The position numbers and the translations under genes were made by a program. From Dictyostelium discoideum (taxonomy: Eukaryota), in the NCBI GenBank assembly GCA_000004695.1, contig CM000150.2, forward strand, positions 2,528,001-2,592,000: a stretch of 64,000 nucleotides of DNA, read 5' to 3'. Positions 38,798-50,521 of the stretch are shown piece by piece (the first letter of the stretch is position 1; each line of letters begins with the position of its first letter). The notes below the pieces were generated by a model. It saw nothing but the letters and a program-made list of their open reading frames with translations, ran no database searches and was not told the DNA's origin.

Positions 38798-39415
38798 TTA
38801 TTAAAAAATAATAAATAAATAAAAAAAAATAAAAAAATAAAAAAAAATAATAATAATAAAATTTTGAAATGTATATATCTATTTTTTAATTCTTTTTTTT
38901 TTTTTTTTTAAAAACTTCTAGGTTTTTTTAAACAAGTTTTTTATTTTTATTTTTTTTGGTTTGTTCAAACAAATATTTTTATATATTAAAAAAATAAAAA
39001 GTAGATATATACATTGTCAAAATAAAATAAATAATAAATAAATAATTAAATTTTAAAATATATTAAATAAAAATGGTTAAAAAAAAAAAAAAAAAAAATT
39101 CATAAAAAAGAATGATTACATTCATTTTTTTTTATACATTATATCATTGTGTATGTATTTATTTATACTAATTTCATATTAAAATTAAATCATTGATATA
39201 AGTAAAAATAAAATGGAAAATAAAAATTTTAGTTTTTTTTTTTTTTTTTTTTTTTTTGTCATTTTTGGTTCTTGTTTTTGCCAATATTTTTTTCAATTTT
39301 TTTTTTTTTTTTTTTTTTAATTTTTTTTTAATTTTTTTTAATTTTTTTTTTTTTTATTTTTTTTTATTTTTTTTTTTTTCTTTTCTCAAATCAAAATACA
39401 TATAAAATACACACA

Positions 39416-39916
39416 ATGACAAAAACAGATGATATCCCAATTGTTTTCATTGAAAAGAAAAACATTCAAGAAAAGATTCTTGAAATTGATGTAGATAAAA
39501 AACATAAAGAAAGAATTGCAAAATCTTACGAATATATTGTTAATGCAGATAAAACATGTAAAGAACACCTTTTACTTCAAGAAATTTTGGTATGTTTATT
39601 TAATCAATCAGAAATTAATCATAGTAATAAATAAATAATAATAATAAACAATAATAATAAATAATAGTAATAAGTAATAAATAATAAATAATAAGTAATA
39701 ATAACTATATAAAAATAGTGATTTAAATAGTGATATTATTAAATCAATATCAAATTATCTTTGTTTATTAATTATTAATATCATCATCTTTTTTTTTATC
39801 AAATTTTTAAGGATCAATGCTTTTTCAAACAAAAACAATCATATATGAAGAATTGTAGACCAATTGTTATGGAATATTTAGATAAAATTTCAAAGATGGA
39901 CGAATCTCGTTTTTAA
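39416..39916 (+). CDS. Small hypothetical protein of about 92 aa in two exons: 39416-39589 and 39812-39916. Four Cys residues lie in two helix-like segments.
   Basis: The ATG ORF ends at a GTATGT donor at 39590. The acceptor TTTTAAG is at 39811. The phase-0 join gives ...CKEHLLLQEIL|DQCFFKQKQSYMKNCRPIVMEYLDKISKMDESRF. I recognise no family confidently. Confidence 0.4.
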
Positions 39917-40155
39917 AAAAAAAATAAATCAACAAAATGAAAAATATAATATATAATTTAAAATAAACAAAAAAACAAATTAAAAAAAAATAAAAAAAAA
40001 AAAGAATTAAAAGAATATAGTTGTAATGCAAAACAAGTTTAAAAAAAAAAAAAATACAGAATTATTTGATATTACACAACACATATATTTTATTATTTGT
40101 TTTTTTTTTTTTTATTTGTTTATTTTTTTTTTTTTTTGATATTTTTAATATTTTT

Positions 40156-41534
40156 TTAATTTTGTGGAGGATTTAAAGAGAAAACTAAAGAAACTTTATC
40201 ATCAGAAGCAGTTACAACTTTACCATCTAAAGTGATATCAAAATCTAAAATAGCATCTTGATGACCAGTGAATTGTTTAATTAATTGACCATTTCTTTCA
40301 TCCCAAACACCAATACTCTTATCAACACTACTACTAAATAATAATGGTTCATGTGGATGTGATTTTAATTTAGTTATTGATGATTTATGTTTAAATGTTG
40401 ATCTTTGTTGTAAAGTATTCATATCCCAAACTCTAATTGAACCATCTAATGAACCTGTATGACAAAAACTATTATAAAATAAATTTAAATTTAAAATTAA
40501 TAATTATAACTATTATTTAAAAAAAAAAAATATATTTATATTTATATATACCTTTGATTATGATTACTCATTGAAACAGCAACGATTGAATCAGTATGAC
40601 CATGAAGTTTACCAATAACTTTACCAGTATTTATATTTGAAAGTACAGCATAATGATCATCACCACCAGATAAAACTAATGTATTATCATTTTTAATATC
40701 TAAACAAGTGATAATTTTTTCATGGAATCCATGACCACTAAATGACATTATATTTGAAGAATCTTTTGGATTCCAAACTTTAATTGAACAATCTTCTGAA
40801 CCTGTAATAACTTTCTTACCATCTGGTGTAAACATACCACATGTAACTGGACCACTATGTCCTGCAAATGTACCCAAAATATCACCTTTTAATGTTGACC
40901 ACATAAATCCTAAACAATCTGATGAACCTGCTAATAAAATATTACCTTTTGAATGCCATTGAATCCACTATTTTAAATAAATATATATTAGTAATTTATT
41001 TATTTTATTTTATTTTATTTTATTTGTATTTTTTTTGAAAAAACAAATTAAATTACAAACCTCAACTGATTCAGTTGGACCTTCTAAATTTATAAGTAAA
41101 TTACCAGTTTGAACATCCCAAACTTTAACAATACCATCCATACCACCAGTTGCAACTAATTTACCATCATAATTGAATTCAATTGAACTAATTGAATCTG
41201 AATGACCTTTAAGTTGATGAACTTTTTCACCACTATTTAAATCCCAAAGGTAAGCTACATCATCACCACCACCTGTTGCAATAATATCTGGAAAAGTTTT
41301 ATTAATTGAAACACAATATACTGAATCTGTATGTTCAAAGAAACCTTGAACTGATTCATCAACTAAATCTTCTTCCTCTTCTTGTGGTTCGTCTTCATGC
41401 TCTTCATGATCTTGTTCATCCATCATTTCATCATCTTGATCTAATTGACCACCTTCAATTGCATATTCACCTGCTTCATCATTTGGATCATAATATTCAG
41501 CATCTTCTTCTAAATTACCATTTGGATCTTCCAT
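40156..41534 (-). CDS. WD40-repeat protein, an AAMP homolog (angio-associated migratory cell protein family). Three exons: 41534-about 41057, about 40967-40550, about 40462-40156.
   Basis: An acidic N-terminus is followed by FEHTDSVYCVSINKTFPDIIATGGGDDVAYLWDLNSGEKVHQLKGHSDSISSIEFNYDGKLVATGGMDGIVKVWDV. Compare human AAMP [75 protein letters not shown]. The C-terminus ...GSIRVWDMNT...FTGHQDAILDFDITLDGKVVTASDDKVSLVF matches AAMP ...IVRLWDARTG...[32 protein letters not shown]. Confidence 0.8.
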
Positions 41535-41785
41535 TCTTTATTATATATTATTATTATTATTTATTAAGATTTATAATTAAAATTTTTGAAAAAAAAAAAA
41601 AAAAAAAAAGTTTTTGTTTGTCGGAATTTTTTCGTTCGTTATTTAAATTGAAAAAAAAAAAATAAAAAAATAAAAAAAAAATTATTTTTAAAAATAAAAA
41701 AAAAAAAAAAAAATTAATATTCTTTTTTTAAGAAAAGAATGATTGGATTTTACTCTCGATCAGGTCTAAATTTTAAAACATAATT

Positions 41786-41908
41786 ATGACAAATAAAAAA
41801 TTAATTTTTTTTTATTTTTTAATTTTTATTTTAAATATTGTGAAATCAATATCAATAAATATTAATAATAATAATAATAACAATAATTTATTAATAAATA
41901 ATTTTGAA

Positions 41909-42004
<96 letters not shown>

Positions 42005-42613
42005 TATGTTTTATTTAAACCATATGGTACAGATTCAAAATGTTTAAATGAAACTATGGGTGGATTAGGATTTATAATTCTTGGTAATAAATCATGTATT
42101 GCAAATAATGGTATAAGTTTAACAGTTAATATAAATGAACAACAAAAGAATTCAGTTGAAATTTGTAAATACTATAGTAATAATTGTAAAAATTTAATTG
42201 CATGTCAAATATTTATTGGAAATGGTGAACAGTGTTATGATCCATTCTCAAGTTCATTTTTTTATAATTCACCAATACCAGCATCATATACAAAAATGTA
42301 TATTTTAATAAATAATAGTATTATTAATAATAATTATTTTTCAAATGAAACAATATTTGGATATAATTTTAAACAATATTCACAATCATTAAGTCAATGT
42401 GAACCAGATTTAGAATTTCAATATAGTTTATTTATTACAAATAATTATATTTTACCAAATTTAAATTATCCATCATTAACACAAACTTTTAAATGTAATG
42501 AACAATTAAATATACCACAATTATTAATTGGTGAATCAATTATAAATATTAATCAAACTTGTACAAATTCAAATAATTTAAATAATATTTATAATTATAA
42601 AATTACATGTTAA
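41786..42613 (+). CDS. Hypothetical secreted Cys-containing protein with a poly-Asn tract.
   Basis: The signal-like N-terminus is MTNKKLIFFYFLIFILNIVKS. There are about 10 Cys and several NxS/T sequons. I recognise no domain. Confidence 0.4.
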
Positions 42614-42682
42614 TGGAATAATAAATTTTATATATAATAATAATTTTTAAAATTAATTTTTTATTTTTTATTTTTTTATTTT

Positions 42683-44593
42683 TTAAACTTCTTCTTGTTT
42701 ATTTTCTTTATCTTTATTTTCTTTATCTTTATTTTCTTTATCTTTATTTTCTTTTCTAATAATTCTTTTAATATTATTTGGATTTAATGGATCTAAATGT
42801 GGATTATATTGACCAGGTTGATATTTCTTTTGAGGTACCCATTTAATATCTCTTTCTCTTGGTTTAAAATCAATATAATTTGAAGATTTTAATAATTTTT
42901 GACGACGTTCAATTAATTGGTCATCGGTTAAAGTTGGATCACGTAATGAAGAGATGAAAGCTATATTTTTAGTTGATGGAATTCTAAGAGTTTCTTTAAT
43001 GACATTGAAACCACATTCATTTGAAACCTTTTCAATATAATTTAAATAACAAGAATATTTACCAATACGAGTATCATTCTCTTTAAAACGAGAATTAAAA
43101 TTATAGAAACAACATGGTAATAAAAAGAATCTTTGATTTGGTAATTTCGAAGTTATATAAGGTACCCATGGTGTTAGCTCATCGGAATGATTACCAATGA
43201 TCCAATCATATTGTTCAAAAGTTGTATCTTTTGGTAAGATTGCTTCTTCAATTAAATTCTTTTGAACTTGGTCATCGTATTTTGCCCAAATCTTTCTTGA
43301 ACGTAAATCAATACCAATTCCATCATAACCTTCTTTATTTAAAATATGAACCAATAACCCATTGCCACAACCTATATCAATGAATCTTTGAGTTGGTTTA
43401 TTTGGTGATTTACCATTTTCTTGATTCTCTTTTCTCCAAATACAAATTAAATAAGCAGCGATTGCAACATCCTCATAAATGAATTTCTGTGGATCAGTTT
43501 GTGTCACCTCTTTCCAACCCTCTTCCATAGTTTTATAACGTTGTTTCATCTCTTCATACATTGATAAAAATACATTCTTTGGTACAATTTGATCAAGATT
43601 TGCTTTCTTTTTATAACCAATCTCATAATTGACACCCCAACGATTTAATTTCTCTAAAATTTGTTTTGATGTTTTATCGAATTTTGGTTGAAATTCTTTA
43701 AAATAAATTACTTGAATTTTTAAAATTCCTTTAAAATTAATAATTTCTTCTTCTTGTTGTTCTTCTTTTTTTTTTTCTTTGTTTGGGTTTGATTTATTTT
43801 TTTTTTGTTTTTGTTTTTGTTTTTTTTGTTTCTCAATTTCATCATTTATTTCTTTTTCTAATAATTGATTAATTAAATCTTTATCTTTAATTGAATCTAA
43901 TTGTTGATAGATTATATTAAATCCTAATACTTTTGGATAAAAGAATGGTAGTAATCTTGCATTATCAATAACATTTAACATTGGTATGAATTGACATTGA
44001 TTGCTTGATTTACGATGATACACTAATTCATCAATTGATGGATCTCTATTCAATAATCTTGGTATTAAATGTCTTTTATAAATGATTGTTTCAACTTTAT
44101 CATCTAAATATTCAATTGCTAATTCACTTTCATTTATATCCTTTGTATTTATATCCTTTTCAATACTACCATCTTGTTTAAATATATTTTCATTTTCATC
44201 TTCATCTTCATCATTTTCACAACCATGATGTTTATGTTTTTGTTTTTTTAATTTATTTTCATTTTCATCATTTTCATCTTCTTTTTCTTTTTCTTTTTCT
44301 TCTTTTTCATAATTTTCTTTTTCTTTTTCTTCATTTTCATTTAAAAATATACCAGATAAATTCTTTTTAAAAATATAATTTGATAATTGTTGATTGTTTT
44401 TATCATAGGTTGATTTATTTGTTAAACTAAATTTCTTTGCACTTTTATTCATACATTGTGGATTTAATGACCATTTCTCCATTGTATACCAAAATGATTC
44501 TAATGTCATTCTAGTTGGTAATGAATAAACATCTTCCCATTTTCCAAGTTTAATTAAAATTTCATTTTCCTCAATGTAATTAGTTTCGTTCAT
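42683..44593 (-). CDS. Probable tRNA (uracil-O2)-methyltransferase Trm44/METTL19-like SAM-dependent methyltransferase, with acidic/KE-rich insertions.
   Basis: The C-terminal half carries FIDIGCGNGLLVHILNKEGYDGIGIDLRSRKIWAKY (a SAM-binding motif I, as in the Trm44 family) and LLPCCFYNF. I recall the N-terminal W...L motif from Trm44 proteins. It is a single ORF. Confidence 0.5.
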   Translation of the reverse strand: MNETNYIEENEILIKLGKWEDVYSLPTRMTLESFWYTMEKWSLNPQCMNKSAKKFSLTNKSTYDKNNQQLSNYIFKKNLSGIFLNENEEKEKENYEKEEKEKEKEDENDENENKLKKQKHKHHGCENDEDEDENENIFKQDGSIEKDINTKDINESELAIEYLDDKVETIIYKRHLIPRLLNRDPSIDELVYHRKSSNQCQFIPMLNVIDNARLLPFFYPKVLGFNIIYQQLDSIKDKDLINQLLEKEINDEIEKQKKQKQKQKKNKSNPNKEKKKEEQQEEEIINFKGILKIQVIYFKEFQPKFDKTSKQILEKLNRWGVNYEIGYKKKANLDQIVPKNVFLSMYEEMKQRYKTMEEGWKEVTQTDPQKFIYEDVAIAAYLICIWRKENQENGKSPNKPTQRFIDIGCGNGLLVHILNKEGYDGIGIDLRSRKIWAKYDDQVQKNLIEEAILPKDTTFEQYDWIIGNHSDELTPWVPYITSKLPNQRFFLLPCCFYNFNSRFKENDTRIGKYSCYLNYIEKVSNECGFNVIKETLRIPSTKNIAFISSLRDPTLTDDQLIERRQKLLKSSNYIDFKPRERDIKWVPQKKYQPGQYNPHLDPLNPNNIKRIIRKENKDKENKDKENKDKENKQEEV

Positions 44594-44944
44594 TTTTAAC
44601 CGTAAAAAATAAAAAAAAAAATGAAATTGAAAAAAAAAAAAAAAAATCTCTTTCTTGTGTTTTTCAAAAAAATAAAAAAATAAAAATAATAATAAAAATA
44701 ATAATAAAAATAAAAATAATTTTTTAATAATTTCCTAATAATATCACTAGTGTTTAATTTTATATTTATTTTCAATATTTTTATTTTTATTTTATTATTA
44801 TTTTTGTTATTATTAATTATAATTCAAAATTATTTATTTATTATTTTTATTTTTACTTTTATTATTTTTATTTTTTATTTTTTATTTTCTATTTTATTTT
44901 CTATTTTATTCTTTTTCCAAAATGAAAGACCCTGGGAATAAATA

Positions 44945-45385
44945 TCAAAAATTTTTATCATTTAGTGAATTATCAATAGTATAAATAATTTCATCTAAAA
45001 ATGGTTTTGATATATTTTGATTATATAGATTTTCTTTAAGGTAAATTGAATATTCAATAAAAGGATCAGTTGGTGGATCGTCTGGAATAACATGAAAAAG
45101 AATATTATATTTCATAGCGATTTCTTGGATAGTTGAATGGGAATTACTATAGAATTCAGAAGTATATAAAACCGAATTTTCTTTAATGAAACCACTTTTA
45201 AAAACTTCTTCAAAATATTCCACAATTAATTCTGGTCTAGATCTTGATTCTTCTTTTTTTATTTTATAAATGCATACATTTAAATTAAGAATAAAAATTC
45301 CTTCATAATTTTCAGATTCTCCAGATTGATTCTTAACATAACTTAATTTTGATTTATCCAATCCTAAAAATTTCCACGCCAACAA
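44945..45385 (-). CDS. Hypothetical protein or partial terminal exon. The ORF track starts at a non-ATG codon (TTG), so the true start or an upstream exon is undetermined.
   Basis: The ORF has ordinary composition (…ELIVEYFEEVFKSGFIKENSVLYTSEFY…). Upstream at 45455-45590 the minus strand is also open in places, but I could not join it cleanly. Confidence 0.3.
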   Translation of the reverse strand: MLAWKFLGLDKSKLSYVKNQSGESENYEGIFILNLNVCIYKIKKEESRSRPELIVEYFEEVFKSGFIKENSVLYTSEFYSNSHSTIQEIAMKYNILFHVIPDDPPTDPFIEYSIYLKENLYNQNISKPFLDEIIYTIDNSLNDKNF

Positions 45386-45852
45386 ATAAAAAAAAATAAA
45401 AAATAAAAAAATAAAAATGATTAGAAAATGAATTTTTTTTTGATAATAAAAAATAAAATAGTTACTTGATGAATTAAAGTTTATTTGATGAGCAAAATAA
45501 ACATTTTCCCAATTTGAATTGTAAACAATGTCATTAAAAAAATGAAAATCCCAATAATTTTCAACTTCAAATTTAGTTATCTTTTAAAAAAAATTAATTA
45601 ATAAATAAATATTTTATTTTATTTTTTATTTGTTTATTTATTTATTTATTTTTTTTTATTTTTTTTTTTTAAAAAAAAAAGAAAATTACAAACATTTTTA
45701 TTATTAGACATTGAATCTACAAAAAATGACCTATCATTTTATCTTGGCAATTAATTAGATAAAAATTAAATAGATAATTTAAATTATAAAAAAAAAAAAA
45801 AAAGATTTGGATAGTAGATATATTACACGTGTGTTATTACACTATTATAAAT

Positions 45853-47961
45853 TTATTTATTAATTTCGTCAAGTTTTAAATTATTTTGATTTTTTCTTTT
45901 TGATAAATTTCTATTTTTTAAAATGATTAAAGTTAAAGAAATTGATAATAAAAGGAAACCACCAATTCCAACAGTTAAACCAATTATTAATTTATTTCTA
46001 TGGGAAATATTATTATTTTCATCATCATAATCTTGATTATTATTATTATTAGAACTATCAACAAATCTTTGATTATCTAGTATACATTGACTTTCATTAC
46101 CACCACATAAACCACATTTATTGAAACTAGCATTGGTGCAAATTGGACAAATATCTCTTGGATCATATGATGAAATAATATTATTATTATTATCTTTATA
46201 ATCAATACAAATGAATGATTGATTGAATTTATCAATTTGACATTTACCACCTCTATTATTACACTGAGCAAAAGTACATCCAATTTTTTCATATTGGCAA
46301 TACTCACCATAATGTGTTACTGCACAGGTGCAAATGTCATTACAACAACCACCATACCCAGAACAACCTTTAGTTGAACAATTATTATTATCATTATTAA
46401 AACTATTATTAAATTTATAATTAAATGCATTAAATGCATTAAAAATACCATAACCATAATAAATATTTGGATTTAAATAATTTGAAGAAGTTTTTAATAA
46501 TGCTTCTTGAATTTGAATTGGTGACCAATTTGGATGAGCTTGCATTAATAATGCAATACCTGATGCAACCAAAGGACATGAAAAACTAGTACCACTACCA
46601 ATTGCATAACTTGAATAACCAGTTGGAGATGCATAATAATTTTTAACACCTAGTCCCATAACATCAGGTTTCACTCTACCATCAGATGAAGGGCCAATAG
46701 ATGAGAATGGAGCAACATTTCCATTTTGATCTATTGCACCAACTGATATTACATATTTACCATCTGCAGGTGAGCCAATACCTTTTGCACCATCATTACC
46801 AGCACTGTTGACAATTAGCATACCTTTCTCTGTTGCAATATCGGCTATTTTAGCCAACCTAGTGGTACCATCCATTTGATAGAATTTGTACCAATCTGTG
46901 TAACCTAGACTTGAGGACACCAAAGTTGCACCCAACCTCTCACCCCACTCAATTGCAGCTATCCAATCATCTTCTTCAACTTGTGTTTCACTTCTAACAT
47001 CTTCAGTTTTTCCCAATAATACTGAACTACCATATGCAGCACCCACCATAACACCAGGATTATATGCTGCCAATAATGATAATGTTGCTGTACCATGTGC
47101 TGTACTTGATTCATAACCTTGATAGTTATTTGATGTATCAACTATATTATCAACGAAATTATATTCATCAATTATATTCAAATGTTGAAATACTTGATGA
47201 GATTTATAAAATCCTGAATCTAATATCAATATAATTATACCACTACCATTATATCCTAATTCTTGAATTTTATTAATATTTAATTGATTAATACCTAAAT
47301 ATGTTTTACCATAAAAATTTTCATCATAAATTACATTATTTGTTGTTTTTAAATTTTTATAATTTTCTTTTTCTTCTTCTTCATTATTTTTTAAATTTTG
47401 TTTAAGATTGGTATTTCTTTTATATTTTAAAACTAAATCAATTGATTTTACAAATGAATAATTTGTAATACATGTTATTATTTCATCATTTCTATTTATA
47501 ATTGATGGTGAAATTTTGATTGAAATTGAATTTAACCAATTTGATTTATGATTCAATTCAATTATATTTTTATTATTTGAACAATTTAAAATTTTATTAA
47601 TGTAACCATTTGAAACTTTTAAATCATTTTCATCAATAAAATTTAAATTTGATTTTAAAGATGAAGATCTATTTATTCTTCTTTTAGTTGATTCTTTACT
47701 AATTTTTAATAAATTTGATTTTTTAGTTTCTTTTGAATTGAAAAATATCCAAATTTTTGATTCATCTTTATTATTATTATTAATATTAAAATTATTATTT
47801 AAATTGGCAGTAGTATTATCTTTATTATTATTAAAATTATATTCAAAATGGAAATTTAAATTTTTTGATATTTTTAAATTTATATTTTCATTATTTACAT
47901 TAATACCATTACAGGTAAAAATCAATAGATAAAAAACAAATAATGAAACAAATCTATTCAT
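45853..47961 (-). CDS. Subtilisin-like serine protease (S8 family). It has a signal peptide, a C-terminal Cys-rich EGF-like module and a transmembrane anchor.
   Basis: The catalytic triad motifs are IILILDSGF (Asp), HGTATLSLLAAY (His) and GTSFSCPLVASGIALLMQAHP (Ser). The N-terminus is MNRFVSLFVFYLLIFTCNG. The Cys-rich stretch is CSTKGCSGYGGCCNDICTCA...CPICTNASFNKCGLCGG. The TM is IIGLTVGIGGFLLLSISLTLIIL. Confidence 0.8.
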   Translation of the reverse strand: MNRFVSLFVFYLLIFTCNGINVNNENINLKISKNLNFHFEYNFNNNKDNTTANLNNNFNINNNNKDESKIWIFFNSKETKKSNLLKISKESTKRRINRSSSLKSNLNFIDENDLKVSNGYINKILNCSNNKNIIELNHKSNWLNSISIKISPSIINRNDEIITCITNYSFVKSIDLVLKYKRNTNLKQNLKNNEEEEKENYKNLKTTNNVIYDENFYGKTYLGINQLNINKIQELGYNGSGIIILILDSGFYKSHQVFQHLNIIDEYNFVDNIVDTSNNYQGYESSTAHGTATLSLLAAYNPGVMVGAAYGSSVLLGKTEDVRSETQVEEDDWIAAIEWGERLGATLVSSSLGYTDWYKFYQMDGTTRLAKIADIATEKGMLIVNSAGNDGAKGIGSPADGKYVISVGAIDQNGNVAPFSSIGPSSDGRVKPDVMGLGVKNYYASPTGYSSYAIGSGTSFSCPLVASGIALLMQAHPNWSPIQIQEALLKTSSNYLNPNIYYGYGIFNAFNAFNYKFNNSFNNDNNNCSTKGCSGYGGCCNDICTCAVTHYGEYCQYEKIGCTFAQCNNRGGKCQIDKFNQSFICIDYKDNNNNIISSYDPRDICPICTNASFNKCGLCGGNESQCILDNQRFVDSSNNNNNQDYDDENNNISHRNKLIIGLTVGIGGFLLLSISLTLIILKNRNLSKRKNQNNLKLDEINK

Positions 47962-48334
47962 TTTGTTAAAAAAAAAAAAAAAAAAAAAAGATATTTTGTG
48001 TGGGAATAAAAAAAAACTGAAAAAAAAAAAAAATCAAATGCTTGTGTCAATGTGAAAAGTTATAAAAAGCCAACTGTTTTTTTTTTTTTTTAATCTGAAA
48101 GCTATTTGTATTAAAATGAGTTTACTAAATATATAAAAAAATAGTTTTTCATAGGTGTATGACAGATATAGATAATTTCCAAAATTAATGAAAGTATTAA
48201 TTGTAATGCTTCCTTAATGTTTTATTTAATAATAATAATAATTATAATAATAATCATCATTATAGTAATTTAAATTAATTAATTATATGTTTATTATTAT
48301 TTTTTTTTTTTATTATTATTTTTATAAAATTATT

Positions 48335-49074
48335 TTATTCGGCATTATAATGATCGTTGTTATTATAAAATGGATCTTTTGAATTTAATAAATTTCTTGT
48401 GGTTTCGTACATTAAGAAATTTACAGCGCTAGTTGGAAAAGCTCTTAAAATGGTAGCACTAAAACCACGAAAGAATACTGATATTCCTTCCTCTCTATAG
48501 ATTTTAGTGATAGTTTGTAAAACACTTGTATATTGTGGTGGTAAATGATCAGGTTGAGTTTGAATTCTAGTTTTAACTACATCCATTGGATAAATTGACA
48601 TCCAAAATGACATACCAGCACAACCACCAGCACCAATGGCAACCCATGCTGGTACACCTGCTTTTGGTGATGAATTATCATTATTATCATTATTATTATT
48701 ATTGTTATTGTTGTTTTTTGAAAGAGCTAATAATTTTCTTTTCATAAATTCATAAACTACAAAATAAACAGCATCACCTGGAATATCACGACAAAAAGTT
48801 GATCTTATACCTTTAAACATTCCTTTAATTCCATCCCTTTTAATCGTTTGTCTAATTACATCGATTGGTCCTTTATATTGAAGAGAAACATTGGTCGATC
48901 CAAATGGTCTACATTGAACCTGTAATTTCGATTTCACTAAATCTCTTGGTGTAATTAATAATGATATAACCCCACCTGCTATCGCTCCTGCCGCTGCAGC
49001 TCTATTTTTATAAAAAAAAAATAAATAAATAAATAAAAACAAACTATTAAATTCCATAATATCATTTTTTTTTG

Positions 49075-49105
<31 letters not shown>

Positions 49106-49600
49106 TATTTCCTACTTACTTATGATATGGTATTAAAATATCTTCACCATTTTCATCTTTACAAGGTGGATGAAAATAACTTTGACAAAAGTTATTTGTT
49201 GCAAAGAAAACTGAATTTGTAAATGAAACACTAAAAAGTGGAACTGATAATCCCCTATATATTCCTTTAATCTAAAATTTTAAAATAAACACACACACAC
49301 CACACACCACACAACTACAATTAATAAAGTTTAAAAAAAAAAATAAAAAAGTTTGGATTATAAAAATATATAATTATTATTTACTCCATCAACTTTCATA
49401 ATATATTTTAAAGCTTGGAAACCATTTTTAAATTTTGGTAAATTTCCTGAAGCATCTTGCAACATAACTTTAATGGTATCAAATGGATGACCTGCCATAA
49501 TCGAAGACATTCCACCAACTGAACCTGCTACAAAGTCTTTACCAACTGAATTTAAAATTCCAGCTGCCGCCCATTTATTATTTGTTTTGGTTGAGTCCAT
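48335..49600 (-). CDS. Mitochondrial carrier family (SLC25) protein. Three exons: 49600-49387, about 49236-49114, about 49030-48335.
   Basis: Carrier signatures are PFDTIKVMLQ, IKGIYRGLSVPLFSVSFTNSVFFAT (middle exon) and ...LITPRDLVKSKLQVQ...FKGIRSTFCRDIPGDAVYFVVYEF...YPMDVVKTRIQTQ. The GTAAAT/GTAAGT donors and TTTTAG/AAATAG acceptors keep the frame. Confidence 0.8.
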
Positions 49601-50521
49601 GGAAATTTATCATAACTGATTTTTATATTATCTCTTTTTTTTTTATTTTTTTTTTTTTTATTTTCTTTTTTTTCTATAAAATAATTAAATGTTTAAATGT
49701 GTGTATATATATTTATGTATAATAAAACCTATATTTATACTACTATTAAATTTATTTAAGTTTTTTTGGGTATTTTTTTATTTTTTATTTTTTTATAAAT
49801 AATTATTATAACAAATTTAATTTAAAAGGTTATTATATAATTTAGAAAAAAAAAAAATATAATGATAATAATAATATTTAATGTGTTGATTATTTTAATT
49901 TTTATTCTTATAATTATTATTACACAAAAATGTATAAATAAAGTTTGAAACTAATATAAAATTTTTAAAAAAAAAAAAAAAACAAAAAAAAAAAAAAAAA
50001 CAAGATTTGTTGTGCGTATGTAAATATGAATTACTTTATTTGATGCAAACGAGTCAAAAAAAAAAAATTTTAAAAAAAAAAAAAAAAAAAAAAAATAAAA
50101 TAAAAAAAAAAAAAAAAAAAATTAAAAAAAATTCTTTTTTTTATTTTTATTTTATTTTTAATTTATTATTTCTTTTTTTATTTTTTTTTAAATCTCAAAC
50201 AATTGTTATTTTATCTCAATTAATTGTTTTTTTTTTAATTTTTTTAATTTTATTTTTTTTTTATTTTTTTTTTTAGTAAAATTAATTTTGTATAAAAAAT
50301 TTAAAAATTAAAAAAAAAATATTTGGTGATTAGTTTGAAGCTTCAATGAATTTTTAAAAATATCTTTTAATATTTTTTTTTTTACTTTTTTTTATTTTTA
50401 TTTTTTTATTTTTGAGAAAAAAAAATGAAATCTTTTTATTTTTTTTTGATCAAAAAAAATGTTTTTTTATTTATTTTTTTATTTACTTTTCTTTTTTGGT
50501 CCAACCCACACTGTTTAAAAA

